NCBI GenBank assembly: GCA_028817225.1
Contig: JAPPQC010000047.1
Span: forward strand, 9,284 to 73,283
Direction of reading: 5' to 3'
Origin: Gammaproteobacteria bacterium
GTDB taxonomy: Bacteria; Pseudomonadota; Gammaproteobacteria; Poriferisulfidales; Oxydemutatoraceae
Length of the DNA stretch: 64,000 nucleotides
Below the pieces are notes generated by a model, which saw only the letters and a list, made by a program, of their open reading frames with translations, was not told the origin of the DNA and did not search any database. Below are positions 1 through 9,435 of this stretch, piece by piece; positions within the stretch are counted from its first letter, which is position 1, and each line of letters begins with the position of its first letter. A program made the translations under genes and the position numbers.

Positions 1-287
1 GTGCCGAGCACCACCGACAGCAGCGTCGCGAAAAAGGCGACGATGAAACTGTTCTTCACCGACAGCAGCCACTGCGGGTTGTCGGCGATGTCGCGGTACC
101 AGCGCAGCGAGAAACCCTCCGGTTGCAGCGTCAGCATCTCGCGGGTGAAGGTGAAATACGGCTCGGCGTTGAACGACAGCGGGATGATGACCACCAGCGG
201 CAGCATCAGGAAGGCGAACACCAGCCCGCAGACGACGCGGAACATCCAATGCCCGGCGGCGGAACCGGCCCTTGCGTGCGCCGCCAT
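1..287 (-). CDS. ABC transporter permease (PotC-like), N-terminal part; the gene continues beyond the window start
   Basis: The minus-strand ATG at 287..285 overlaps the TGA of the upstream permease. The translation MAAHARAGSAAGHWMFRVVCGLVFAFLMLPLVVIIPLSFN is hydrophobic and permease-like. It is not in the supplied ORF track because it runs off the window edge. Confidence 0.6.
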   Translation of the reverse strand, partial: MAAHARAGSAAGHWMFRVVCGLVFAFLMLPLVVIIPLSFNAEPYFTFTREMLTLQPEGFSLRWYRDIADNPQWLLSVKNSFIVAFFATLLSVVLG

Positions 288-1633
288 CACGACACCCGCA
301 TCTTCTCGATGCCGACCAGTTTGTGGTACACCCAGTAAATCAGCAGCACCGCGGCCAGCAGAATCACGCCGAGCGCCGACGCGAAGCCCCAGTTCAGCGA
401 CACCTTGATATGGTAGAAGATGAAGTTGCTGATCAACTGCCCGCTCTGCCCGCCGACCAGCGCCGGCGTGATGTAATAGCCGACCGCCAGCATGAACACC
501 AGCAGACTGCCGGCGCCGACGCCGACCAGCGTCTGCGGCAGATAGACCCGCGCAAAGGCCGTCAGCGGCGTCGCCCCGAGCGACACGGCGACGCTCGTCA
601 GCGAACGCGGAATGCCCCGCATCACGCTGTACAGCGGCAGCACCATGAACGGCAGCAGCACATAGGTCATCGCGACCACCGTGCCGGTCAGGTTGAACAC
701 CATCTGAATGCGCTCGTCGTCGCCAATCAGGCCGAGCCACACCAGCGTGCTGTTGATGACGCCGCTCGATTGCAGCAGCGTAATCCAGCTGGTCGTCCTG
801 ACCAGCAGCGATGTCCAGAACGGCAGCAGCACCATGATCATCAGCCAGTTGCTGATGCGCGGCGGCAGCCCCGCCATCAGGTGGGCGATCGGAAACCCCA
901 GCAGCAGGCAGAACAGCGTCACCGCGAGGCTGACCCACAGCGTGCGCAGGAAAATCCTCAGATAGATGCGCTTGCCTTCCGGCTGGCGCGCGACGCCGCC
1001 GTCGTCGTCGCGGTGCAGGTCGAGCGCCGCCAGGTAGTTGGCCGATGTGTAGCGGCCCGAAGCCGCCTTGATGGTCGCCCAGGTCTGCTGACGGCCCCAG
1101 CGCGGGTCGAGTTCAACCAGCCATTCGCGCCAGCGCCCGGCGCCGTCCGGCGGCCCGGCGCCGGCGGCGAGGCGCCGCCCGGCCTTGTTGAACAAACTCC
1201 GCATGCCGCTCATCCGGTAATTGAGATGGTTGGCGACCCGGCCTATCGTGTGTTCCCTGCGCGCCTGTCCGAGTTCGGCGGCGAAAACCGCGAGCATGTC
1301 GTCGTCGGGCAGGCCGGCGCCGTCCCACTGCGCGAACGCCGCCGCGGTCTTCGGCATCCAGGTCTGAAGCGCCGAATCATCCACGCTGCGAAACAAAATG
1401 CCGCCAATCGGCATCAGGTAGGTGATGGCCAGAAAAAGCAGCAGCGGCGCGACCAGCAGAAAGGCGCGCGAGCGGTGCAGGCCGGCGGCGACGCCGCGCA
1501 CCAGGTGCTGGCGGCGATCCTCATCTTCAATCTTCTGTTCTTCGGGCACGCCGATGGCGCGCACGACGGCAAAAGCGGCGTCCAGCCCGGCGATTTTTCC
1601 GGCGTCAAAGACCGGTTTGCCGTCGCCGTTCAT
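287..1633 (-). CDS. ABC transporter permease (PotB/PotH-like) with a long periplasmic loop after TM1
   Basis: The C-terminal half has the typical ABC-importer permease core (LLPFWTSLLVRTT..., EAA-like loop, GATPLTAFARVYLPQ). The listed ORF extends to 1948, but that overlaps the upstream ATPase by 240 bp. The first in-frame Met after the ATPase stop, MNGDG at about 1633, is the likely start. Confidence 0.8.
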   Translation of the reverse strand: MNGDGKPVFDAGKIAGLDAAFAVVRAIGVPEEQKIEDEDRRQHLVRGVAAGLHRSRAFLLVAPLLLFLAITYLMPIGGILFRSVDDSALQTWMPKTAAAFAQWDGAGLPDDDMLAVFAAELGQARREHTIGRVANHLNYRMSGMRSLFNKAGRRLAAGAGPPDGAGRWREWLVELDPRWGRQQTWATIKAASGRYTSANYLAALDLHRDDDGGVARQPEGKRIYLRIFLRTLWVSLAVTLFCLLLGFPIAHLMAGLPPRISNWLMIMVLLPFWTSLLVRTTSWITLLQSSGVINSTLVWLGLIGDDERIQMVFNLTGTVVAMTYVLLPFMVLPLYSVMRGIPRSLTSVAVSLGATPLTAFARVYLPQTLVGVGAGSLLVFMLAVGYYITPALVGGQSGQLISNFIFYHIKVSLNWGFASALGVILLAAVLLIYWVYHKLVGIEKMRVS

Positions 1634-1709
1634 GCCGCGCGCTGTCGCGTGTGCGCCGGCGCGCCCGCCGCGCGCCGCGGCGTTCGCCGATGGCGCCGCC
1701 GCAGGCCCG

Positions 1710-2828
1710 TCATTCGCCCTTCCCGGCTTCGGCGCGCGGCGGCGGCGGCGCGGGGAACACGCGGCAGTCCTCCGGGTGCCAGCCCACCTTGACCGACTGG
1801 CCGGTCTCGATGTCGCGCTTGCCGCGGTCGTTCGGGTATTTGGCGACCAGTTCGCCGCCGCCGCCAAGTTCAATGACGGCGCGCATGTAATCACCGAGAT
1901 AGACGAGGTCGCTGATGCGCCCGTCGAGCGCGTTGGCGCAATCGCCATCCGGGTTGATCAGCACCCTCTCCGGGCGCACCGCCAGCAACACGGCGCCGCC
2001 GTCGCCGGCGGCGACGCCGACCGGCGTTCCGCGCAGGCGCCCGCCGCCGTCGGCCTCGACCGCGCAGGTGTCGCCGTCGAGTTCCAGCAGCGCGCCTTGC
2101 AGCAGGTTGTTCTCGCCGATGAAGCCGGCGGTGAACGCATTGGACGGATGTTCATAAATCGAGTCGGGCGCGTCAATCTGCTGGATTCGGCCCTCGTTGA
2201 ACACCGCCACCCTGCTCGACAGCGTCAGCGCCTCGCCCTGGTCGTGCGTCACATATATCATCGTCAGGCCGAGTTGCTCGTGCAGGCGCTTGATCTCGTA
2301 CTGCATCCGCTCGCGCAGTTGCTTGTCGAGCGCGCCCAGCGGCTCGTCCATCAGCACCAGCGTCGGATGAAAAATCAGCGCGCGCGCAAGCGCCACCCGC
2401 TGCTGCTGCCCGCCCGACAGCTGCGCCGGAAAGCGCCCGCCCAGCCCGGACAGATGCACCATCTCCAGCGCCTCGTCCACGCGCGCGCGGATTTCGGCCT
2501 TGTCCATGCCGCGCACCTGCAGCGGAAACGCCAGGTTGCCGGCCACCGTCATGTGCGGAAACAGCGCGTAATTCTGGAACACCAGGCCGAGGCCGCGCTT
2601 GTGCGGCGGGATGTCATTGACGCGCTCGCCGCGTATCAGGATTTCGCCGCTGGTGACCTCCTCAAAGCCCGCCAGCATCATCAAACAGGTCGTCTTGCCC
2701 GAACCCGACGGCCCCAGCATCGTCAGAAACTCGCCCTCGTACACATCAAGGTTGAGGTTGTCCACGACCCACGACTGCCGGTCGTAGTTCTTCGAGACCT
2801 TGCGGAAACTGACGCAGACCGGCGCCAT
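1710..2828 (-). CDS. ABC transporter ATP-binding protein (PotA/spermidine-putrescine family, C-terminal TOBE domain)
   Basis: Walker A GPSGSGKT, signature LSGGQQQRVALARAL, Walker B LVLMDEPLGALD, H-loop, and a C-terminal TOBE-like domain. Confidence 0.92.
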   Translation of the reverse strand: MAPVCVSFRKVSKNYDRQSWVVDNLNLDVYEGEFLTMLGPSGSGKTTCLMMLAGFEEVTSGEILIRGERVNDIPPHKRGLGLVFQNYALFPHMTVAGNLAFPLQVRGMDKAEIRARVDEALEMVHLSGLGGRFPAQLSGGQQQRVALARALIFHPTLVLMDEPLGALDKQLRERMQYEIKRLHEQLGLTMIYVTHDQGEALTLSSRVAVFNEGRIQQIDAPDSIYEHPSNAFTAGFIGENNLLQGALLELDGDTCAVEADGGGRLRGTPVGVAAGDGGAVLLAVRPERVLINPDGDCANALDGRISDLVYLGDYMRAVIELGGGGELVAKYPNDRGKRDIETGQSVKVGWHPEDCRVFPAPPPPRAEAGKGE

Positions 2829-2851
2829 TCAGCCAGCCATCCGGACGATGT

Positions 2852-3253
2852 TCACGGCAGCCGCCCGACGACATTGCCGGCGCGGTCGTAGGCCTCGATG
2901 CCGCGCGCGCCGACACGCAGTTGCTCGACCACATCGGCGCCGTCGCGGACGCCGACGACGAGCGCGCCGGCGCCGACGCGGACGCGGTTGCCGGCGCCGT
3001 CGCGCAGCACCAGCCGGGCGCCGCCGTCGTCGGTCACATCGAGGCGCGCGCGCGCGTCGCCGGATTCGTTGACCAGCACCAGTTCCCTGGTCTTGACGCT
3101 GTCCTCGATCTTCGCCTGCCGCCCCGGGCGCAATTCCGGCGGCATCAGCGACTCGTAGAGAAAGAAGGCGACGACGACAATCACCGCCATCCTCATGTTG
3201 CGAAGGTGGCGTTCGAGCGCCGTCACGCGGTTGTGGATTTCATCGTTTGACAT
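2852..3253 (-). CDS. Small hypothetical bitopic membrane protein embedded in the ABC importer operon
   Basis: A 133-aa ORF with a GGAG Shine-Dalgarno 7 nt upstream of its ATG. It has an N-terminal coiled region, one TM helix (MAVIVVVAFFLY) and a Gly/Arg/Val-rich beta-like C-terminal domain. It fills the 500-bp gap between the SBP and ATPase genes. Confidence 0.5.
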   Translation of the reverse strand: MSNDEIHNRVTALERHLRNMRMAVIVVVAFFLYESLMPPELRPGRQAKIEDSVKTRELVLVNESGDARARLDVTDDGGARLVLRDGAGNRVRVGAGALVVGVRDGADVVEQLRVGARGIEAYDRAGNVVGRLP

Positions 3254-3331
3254 CGGCAGACTCCGGTGTGGTTGGTGTGGCCAGGCCGCGTGCGGCGCCG
3301 GTTTTCATCGCCGGCGCCGGCGCGGCGTGCG

Positions 3332-4525
3332 TCAGCGCGCGAGCCAGGTGCTGAAGCGTTCGGTCATTTCGTCGCCGTAGTCGGCCCACCACTCAAAGTC
3401 GCTTTCCAGCACATGGCGGAAATGTTCCGGCGTGGTCGGCATGTGCGGCGCCATGTCGGCGCCGGTCTCGGCGTGGGTCGAGATCATCGCCATCGCCGAA
3501 TGCCGCGCCGGGCCGTAGGAAATGTAGCGCGCCTGGTCGGCGAGGCGCTGCGTGTCGCTCGCGAACCTGACAAATTCAAGCGCCTGTTTGTAGCGCGGCG
3601 TGCCCTTGACGATGGTGTAGAAGTTCTTGGTCCAGACTTGCCTGTCCCACACGATTTTGAACGGCTTTTTCTCCTTGTTCCAGGCGTTGAAAATGCGCCC
3701 GTTGTACGAGGTCGCCATCACCACCTCGCCGTCGGCCAGCATCAGCGGCGGCTGCGAACCGGCTGTCCACCAGACCACATGCTCCTTGATGGTGTCCAGT
3801 TTGGCGAACACGCGCCGCAGCCCCTCGTCGGTCGCCAGCGTCTGATACACCTTGTCAACCGGCACGCCGTCGGCCATCAGCGCGAACTCGAGGGTCGAGC
3901 GCGGCGACCTTCTGAGGGCGCGCTTGCCGGGGAATTTTTCCAGGTCGAAGAAATCCTCCAGGCTGGCGGGCTTGTCGCCGGGGAAGCGGCTTTCGTCGTA
4001 GGCGAAAACCGTGGACCAGACAATCAGCGGAATGCCGCATTCCGATTGCAGCGTCTCGGGCAGAAAATCCTTCTCGGCGGGGGTGCCGTCGGGCGCCGGC
4101 GGAAACGACGCGATGTCCACCGGCTCCAACAGGCCCTCGTCGCAGCCGCGCACCACACGCGCCAGCGGCATGTCCACGACATCCCAGGTGATGTTGCCCG
4201 ACTGCACCTGCACCTGAATCTCGGCCAGCCCGCCGTTGTAGTCCTCGGCGTGGATGCGGATGCCGGTCTTCGCCGTGAACGGCTCGTGGTATGCCTTGAT
4301 CTGGCTGTAACTGTAGGCGCCGCCGTACGACACGACCGTCAGCGCGTCCTGCGCCGCGACCGGCGCCGCAAACAGCGCCGCGGCCAGCGCGGCAGTTGGC
4401 GCAGCAAGCGGGCGCCTGCGCCGCAAACACGCGGCGCGCCCGAGGCCACCCCGCCCCGCCCGGTCTCTTGTCCCGATTCCGAACCGTTTATCCGATTTCA
4501 ACATCTCGTTTTCTCCTGTTGTCAT
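3332..4525 (-). CDS. ABC transporter periplasmic substrate-binding protein (PotD/PotF family, SBP_bac_1) with a Tat-like signal
   Basis: The RRRRPLAAPTAALAAALFAAPVAAQDA signal is followed by a PotD-like fold (TVVSYGGAYSYSQ..., WDVVD...). It is the first gene of the minus-strand SBP-ATPase-permease-permease operon. The true start may be the internal Met at about 4504. Confidence 0.85.
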   Translation of the reverse strand: MTTGENEMLKSDKRFGIGTRDRAGRGGLGRAACLRRRRPLAAPTAALAAALFAAPVAAQDALTVVSYGGAYSYSQIKAYHEPFTAKTGIRIHAEDYNGGLAEIQVQVQSGNITWDVVDMPLARVVRGCDEGLLEPVDIASFPPAPDGTPAEKDFLPETLQSECGIPLIVWSTVFAYDESRFPGDKPASLEDFFDLEKFPGKRALRRSPRSTLEFALMADGVPVDKVYQTLATDEGLRRVFAKLDTIKEHVVWWTAGSQPPLMLADGEVVMATSYNGRIFNAWNKEKKPFKIVWDRQVWTKNFYTIVKGTPRYKQALEFVRFASDTQRLADQARYISYGPARHSAMAMISTHAETGADMAPHMPTTPEHFRHVLESDFEWWADYGDEMTERFSTWLAR

Positions 4526-4673
4526 TCATCCCGTTGACGGCGAACCCTCGCCGCCGCCCGCTTTCCACAACGGCGCGGGCAACCGCCGAAACAAGCGAGT
4601 GGCCCGACGCGCCCGCTCCGGCATAGTATAACCTCGGGCAGCCGCATCCGTGCATAACTCCAAGGCTTTCATT

Positions 4674-4679
4674 ATAATG
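4674..4679 (+). promoter_or_regulatory. Candidate -10 element (TATAAT) 10 nt upstream of the first GT4 gene start, inside a low-GC 150-bp intergenic region
   Basis: The sequence cattataatgg immediately precedes the ATG at 4690. An alternative -10-like TAGTATAAC lies at about 4623-4631. No clear Shine-Dalgarno is present. Confidence 0.25.
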
Positions 4680-4689
4680 GCAAAGCAAC

Positions 4690-5844
4690 ATGTCCGAAAT
4701 GAACAACCTGAACAACCCGCCGCGACAATCCTTCACCTGGGCATTGATTGGCCAGGCTTGCGCGGCGATATCCATACCGCCCAAAGGCTGGGGCGCAGTG
4801 GAAACCATACTATGGGACTACAAAACCTGGCTTGAAAAACTCGGGCACAAGGTGGTCATCATCAATACGCACGACCGGGGCGAAATTATTGACACAATCA
4901 ACCGGCATCAACCCGATGTCGTGCATTTGCATCAACACGATTTGGCCGATGTTCTGAACAAAATCCGCGTTCCGGTGAAAATCTTCACCAGTCATTCCGG
5001 GTACAGGATATACAAACTGGGCGCCTTTCTGTCTCTGCACAAATATCTCGTTCAATATCCGGGAGACGGCCTGATTGTTTTTGCCCTGTCTCCGGCCCAG
5101 AGAAAGACGTTTCTTGAACTCGGATGCAACCCCTCCGAAGTTTTTGTTACACCAAACGGCGCCGATCACCGCAGATTCAACTTCCGCGAAACGCCGCTGC
5201 ACAAAAACCGCAGCATCTATCTGGGAAGCATTGACCACAACAAAAGACAGCACCTCTACCAGGCGATTGATTCCGTTGATTTTGTCGGGCCTCACGACAA
5301 CAAAAAATTCGACAAAACGCGTGAAAACTATCTGGGAGAGTGGGGGCGCGCCACCCTCTACGAGCATTTGTCGGATTACGCCAACCTGGTCATCCTGAGC
5401 AAAGTCGAAGTGGGCGCCCCGCTCGTCGTCCTGGAGGCGCTGGTCTGCGGGCTGGGCGTGGTCGTCAGCACCGCCGCATCGGGCAATCTAGACACGAAAC
5501 TGCCGTGGATTACCGTCATCCCGGACGAAAAGATAACCGATGTCGCCTTCGTCGAGGCCGAGATTGCGCGCAACCGTGAAATATCGCTGCGCCACCGCGA
5601 ACAGATACGCGAATACGGCATCGGGAATTTCTCCCAGGAGAAACTGGTGCCCCGCTACGCGGATTTGTGCCTGAAACTGCACGCCGAAAGAACCGCGCGG
5701 CAGATTCCCTCCGACCGCAAGACGGCCACTCACCGCAGGCTGCGGTATTTACTGCCGGCCTTGCCGTCTCTCCTTTTTGTTTATGTTCCTTACCACCTGA
5801 TTTTCAGATCGCTTCCCTACAGAATCCGCTGTTTATTCCGGTGA
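4690..5844 (+). CDS. Glycosyltransferase, GT4-like (GT-B fold), paralog 1 of 3
   Basis: The N-terminal motif IPPKGWGAVE...LEKLGHKVVII fits the GT4 PPxxGGxE...GHxV pattern. The C-terminal motif LVILSKVEVGAPLVVLEALVCGLGVVVS fits the GT4 E-x7-E/EAxxxGxPV region. GC is visibly lower (~50%) than the flanks. Confidence 0.6.
   Translation: MSEMNNLNNPPRQSFTWALIGQACAAISIPPKGWGAVETILWDYKTWLEKLGHKVVIINTHDRGEIIDTINRHQPDVVHLHQHDLADVLNKIRVPVKIFTSHSGYRIYKLGAFLSLHKYLVQYPGDGLIVFALSPAQRKTFLELGCNPSEVFVTPNGADHRRFNFRETPLHKNRSIYLGSIDHNKRQHLYQAIDSVDFVGPHDNKKFDKTRENYLGEWGRATLYEHLSDYANLVILSKVEVGAPLVVLEALVCGLGVVVSTAASGNLDTKLPWITVIPDEKITDVAFVEAEIARNREISLRHREQIREYGIGNFSQEKLVPRYADLCLKLHAERTARQIPSDRKTATHRRLRYLLPALPSLLFVYVPYHLIFRSLPYRIRCLFR
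5416..5600 (+). repeat. 185-bp segment of GT paralog 1 that is 100% identical to 7829-8013 in paralog 2
   Basis: Direct comparison of the three paralog 3' halves shows a mosaic of blocks identical at the DNA level. Confidence 0.8.
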
Positions 5845-5850
5845 CAAGCC

Positions 5851-7083
5851 GTGCCTGAAACGCAAAGCGAAATTTCAAGAAAGCGCCCGTCGGTCGCGGT
5901 GCGCGTCGGCGGGGTCGTGCTCGGCGGCGGGCATCCGGTCGCGGTGCAGTCCATGACCAGCACCGACACCGCCGATGTGGAAAAAACCGCCGCGCAAATC
6001 GCTGAACTGGCCGCGGCCGGCTCGGAACTGGTACGAATCACGGTCAACAACGACGCGGCGGCGCGCGCGGTGCCGCGGATTGCCGAGCGTCTCGCGGCGA
6101 AGAATGTCGCGGCGCCGCTGGTCGGCGACTTCCACTTCAACGGCCACAAACTGCTGCGCCAGCACCCCGAATGCGCCGAACACCTCGACAAACTTCGCAT
6201 CAACCCGGGCAATGTCGGGCGCGGCGCGCGCCGCGACCCGCAATTCGCGCAGATGATTGAAAGCGCCTGCCGCTTCGGCAAGCCGGTGCGCATCGGCGTC
6301 AACTGGGGCAGCCTCGACCAGGACCTGCTGAAACGCAGACTCGACGACAACGCGGCGCTGCCGCAGCCGCATTCGCTCGAGGCCGTCACGCGCGCGGCGC
6401 TGATTGAGTCGGCGCTCGACAGCGCGCGCCGCGCCGAGCAACTTGGCCTGGCGCACGACCGCATTGTGCTGTCGTGCAAGCTCAGCGATGTGCGTGAACT
6501 CGTCCGCGTCTATCGCCGCCTCGCCGCGCTGTGCGACTACCCGCTGCATCTCGGCCTGACCGAGGCCGGCCTCGGCAGAAAGGGCGTCGTCGCGTCGGCG
6601 TCGGCGCTGGCGATACTGCTGCACGAAGGCATCGGCGACACCATCCGCGTCTCGCTGACGCCGGCGCCGGGCGAAAGCCGCACCGAAGAGGTGCTGATCG
6701 CCCGCGAAATCCTGCAAAGCCTCGGACTGCGCTCGTTCGCGCCGGCCATCACCGCCTGCCCCGGCTGCGGGCGCACGACCAGCGACCACTTCCGGCAACT
6801 GGCCGGCGACATACACGACTACCTCGAACGCAAAATGCCGGAATGGAAAGACAAGCACCGCGGCGTCGAGAACATGAAAGTCGCGGTGATGGGCTGCGTC
6901 GTCAACGGCCCCGGCGAAAGCAAGCAGGCCAACATCGGCATCAGCCTGCCGGGTTCGGGCGAGCGCCCGGCGGCGCCGGTCTATATTGACGGCAAGCGCA
7001 GCGTAACGCTGTCCGGCGACAATCTGGCCGAGGACTTCAAGCGCCTGATTGACGAATATGTCGCCGCAAACTACCAATCCTGA
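5851..7083 (+). CDS. ispG: 4-hydroxy-3-methylbut-2-en-1-yl diphosphate synthase (IspG/GcpE)
   Basis: Full-length GcpE with the [10 protein letters not shown] cysteine motif and a GTG start (MPETQSEI). It has high GC like the core genome. Confidence 0.95.
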   Translation: MPETQSEISRKRPSVAVRVGGVVLGGGHPVAVQSMTSTDTADVEKTAAQIAELAAAGSELVRITVNNDAAARAVPRIAERLAAKNVAAPLVGDFHFNGHKLLRQHPECAEHLDKLRINPGNVGRGARRDPQFAQMIESACRFGKPVRIGVNWGSLDQDLLKRRLDDNAALPQPHSLEAVTRAALIESALDSARRAEQLGLAHDRIVLSCKLSDVRELVRVYRRLAALCDYPLHLGLTEAGLGRKGVVASASALAILLHEGIGDTIRVSLTPAPGESRTEEVLIAREILQSLGLRSFAPAITACPGCGRTTSDHFRQLAGDIHDYLERKMPEWKDKHRGVENMKVAVMGCVVNGPGESKQANIGISLPGSGERPAAPVYIDGKRSVTLSGDNLAEDFKRLIDEYVAANYQS

Positions 7084-7099
7084 ATCATGGCAAAGCGGC

Positions 7100-8269
7100 G
7101 TGCCTGAAACCGGTATCCCGGACAACCCGCCGCGGCAATCCCTCACCTGGGCACTGATTGGGCAGGCTTACGCGCCGGTGTCCATACCGCCCAAAGGCTG
7201 GGGCGCGGTGGAAAACATCATTTGGAGTTACAAAACTTGGCTTGAAAAGCTCGGGCACAAGGTGGTGATTGTCAACACGGATGACCGGCGGAAGATTATT
7301 GACACAATCAACCGGTGCCGACCCGATATCGTGCATGTGCATCAGCATAATTTCGCCGATATTCTGAACAAAATCCGCGTCCCGGTGAAAATATTCACCA
7401 GTCATTCCGGGTACAGGTTGGGCAAACGGGCCACCTGGGGGTCTCTGCAAGAACATTTCGTTCAATATCTGAAAGACGGCTTGTTTTTCTTTGTCCTGTC
7501 TCCGGTCTGGAGAAAAGTGTTTCTCGACTGCGGATACAACCCCGATGAAGTCTTTGTGACACTGAACGGCGCCGACCACCGCAGATTCAGGTTCCGCAAA
7601 ACGCCGCTGCATGAAAATCGCAGCATCTACCTGGGGCAGATCACGGTCAACAAGAAACAAAGCCTCTACCAGGCGATTGATTCGATTGATTTCGCCGGCC
7701 CTCTGAGTGATGACAAAAAATTCGACAAAACGCACAAAAATTATCTGGGAGAATGGACGCGCGACACTCTTTACGAGCATTTATCGGACTATGCCAACCT
7801 GGTCATCCTCAGCAAAGCCGAAGTCGCTGCCCCGCTCGTCGTCCTGGAGGCGCTGGTCTGCGGGCTGGGCGTGGTCGTCAGCACCGCCGCATCGGGCAAT
7901 CTAGACACGAAACTGCCGTGGATTACCGTCATCCCGGACGAAAAGATAACCGATGTCGCCTTCGTCGAGGCCGAGATTGCGCGCAACCGTGAAATATCGC
8001 TGCGCCACCGCGAGCAGATACGCGAATACGGCATCGAGAATTTCTCCTGGGAGAAACTGGTTCCCCGCTACGCGGATTTGTGCCTGAAACTGCACGCCGA
8101 AAAAGCCGCGCGGCAGGGCTTTTCCGCCCGCAGCGCGGACACCCTCCGCAGGCTTCGGTATTTGCTGCTGGCACTGCCGTCTCTCTTCTTTCATGCGGTT
8201 CGCCGTCTGATTTTCACATCACTCCCCCGCAAAATCCGCCGCCTGTTCCGGATAGAAAACCATGCCTGA
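7100..8269 (+). CDS. Glycosyltransferase, GT4-like, paralog 2 of 3
   Basis: Homologous to paralog 1 over its entire length. The start is chosen as GTG 7100 (VPETGIPDNPPRQ), by analogy to paralog 3 (MPEINSPDNPPR) and to avoid overlap with ispG. The ORF track begins at TTG 7049, and an ATG at 7058 is an alternative. Confidence 0.6.
   Translation: MPETGIPDNPPRQSLTWALIGQAYAPVSIPPKGWGAVENIIWSYKTWLEKLGHKVVIVNTDDRRKIIDTINRCRPDIVHVHQHNFADILNKIRVPVKIFTSHSGYRLGKRATWGSLQEHFVQYLKDGLFFFVLSPVWRKVFLDCGYNPDEVFVTLNGADHRRFRFRKTPLHENRSIYLGQITVNKKQSLYQAIDSIDFAGPLSDDKKFDKTHKNYLGEWTRDTLYEHLSDYANLVILSKAEVAAPLVVLEALVCGLGVVVSTAASGNLDTKLPWITVIPDEKITDVAFVEAEIARNREISLRHREQIREYGIENFSWEKLVPRYADLCLKLHAEKAARQGFSARSADTLRRLRYLLLALPSLFFHAVRRLIFTSLPRKIRRLFRIENHA
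7894..8144 (+). repeat. 251-bp segment of GT paralog 2 that is 100% identical to 9066-9316 in paralog 3
   Basis: Direct sequence comparison. The identity ends abruptly on both sides, as expected for a gene-conversion tract. Confidence 0.8.
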
Positions 8270-9416
8270 AATCAATAGCCCGGACAACCCGCCGCGACCA
8301 TCCCTGACCTGGGCGCTGATCTCGCCGGTCATTGACGGCTCCATGCCGCCCAAAGGGCAAAGTTCGATAGAAACCATTGTGTGGGACTACAGCACCTGGC
8401 TGAAAAAACTCGGGCACGAGGTGGTCATCATCCACACAGACGACCGAAGCAGGATTATTGACACAATCAACCGGTGCCGGCCCGATATCGTGCATACGCA
8501 TGCTATCCAGCTTGTGTACCTCCTGAACAATATCAGCGTTCCTGTGAAAATTTATACCATACATCAACCCGAGACGGACGAATCATGGAAAGGGCAGGTA
8601 TTCGTTTATATCAAAAACACACTTGCTCAATACCTGAAAACCGGCCTGTATGTCTTTGTCATGACCCCGGCCTGGAGAAAGGTGTTTCTCGACCTGGGAT
8701 ACAACCCCGCCGAAGTCTTTGTGGTGCAGAACGGCGCCGACCACCGCAAATTCAAATTCCGCAAAACACCGCTGCATGAAAACCGCAGCATCTATCTGGG
8801 GCTTGTCACGCGCCGCAAGAGGCAGCACCTCTACCAGGCGATAGACTCGGTTGATTTCGTCGGGCCATACCATGACAGCGAATTCGACAGATCGCGCAAA
8901 AATTATCTCGGAGCGTGGACACGCGACACTGTCCATGAACACTTGTCGGATTACGCCAACCTGGTCATCCTGAGCGAATCCGAGATTGCCGCCCCGCTGG
9001 TCGTTCTGGAGGCGCTGGTTTGCGGGCTGGGCGTTGTCGTCAGCACCGCCGCATCGGCCAATCTGGACACGAAACTGCCGTGGATTACCGTCATCCCGGA
9101 CGAAAAGATAACCGATGTCGCCTTCGTCGAGGCCGAGATTGCGCGCAACCGTGAAATATCGCTGCGCCACCGCGAGCAGATACGCGAATACGGCATCGAG
9201 AATTTCTCCTGGGAGAAACTGGTTCCCCGCTACGCGGATTTGTGCCTGAAACTGCACGCCGAAAAAGCCGCGCGGCAGGGCTTTTCCGCCCGCAGCGCGG
9301 ACACCCTCCGCAGGCTGCGCTATTTGCTGCCGGCTCTGCCGTCTCTCTTCTTCCATGCGGCTCGCCACCTGATTTTCAGATGGCTTCCCTTCAGGATTCG
9401 TCGCTTGTTCCGGTGA
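8262..9416 (+). CDS. Glycosyltransferase, GT4-like, paralog 3 of 3
   Basis: Same family as paralogs 1 and 2. Its start overlaps the paralog-2 stop. The C-terminal 130 aa are nearly identical to those of paralog 2. Confidence 0.6.
   Translation: MPEINSPDNPPRPSLTWALISPVIDGSMPPKGQSSIETIVWDYSTWLKKLGHEVVIIHTDDRSRIIDTINRCRPDIVHTHAIQLVYLLNNISVPVKIYTIHQPETDESWKGQVFVYIKNTLAQYLKTGLYVFVMTPAWRKVFLDLGYNPAEVFVVQNGADHRKFKFRKTPLHENRSIYLGLVTRRKRQHLYQAIDSVDFVGPYHDSEFDRSRKNYLGAWTRDTVHEHLSDYANLVILSESEIAAPLVVLEALVCGLGVVVSTAASANLDTKLPWITVIPDEKITDVAFVEAEIARNREISLRHREQIREYGIENFSWEKLVPRYADLCLKLHAEKAARQGFSARSADTLRRLRYLLPALPSLFFHAARHLIFRWLPFRIRRLFR
9066..9316 (+). repeat. 251-bp identical block in GT paralog 3, copy of 7894-8144
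   Basis: See the paralog-2 repeat feature. Confidence 0.8.
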
Positions 9417-9435
9417 ACACCAAGGCGGCAACAAC

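Noticed and set aside
287-1948. 553-aa version of the PotB-like permease, the 507-aa version of the POFUT-like gene (to 44475), and the N-terminally extended versions of hisG, lolD, trpB, ccmH, ccmE, ccmD, rsmE and ahcY in the ORF track
   Set aside because: Each extension overlaps the upstream gene by 100-500 bp and is Arg/Ala-rich with no homology. Internal starts that abut or overlap the upstream stop give canonical protein lengths.
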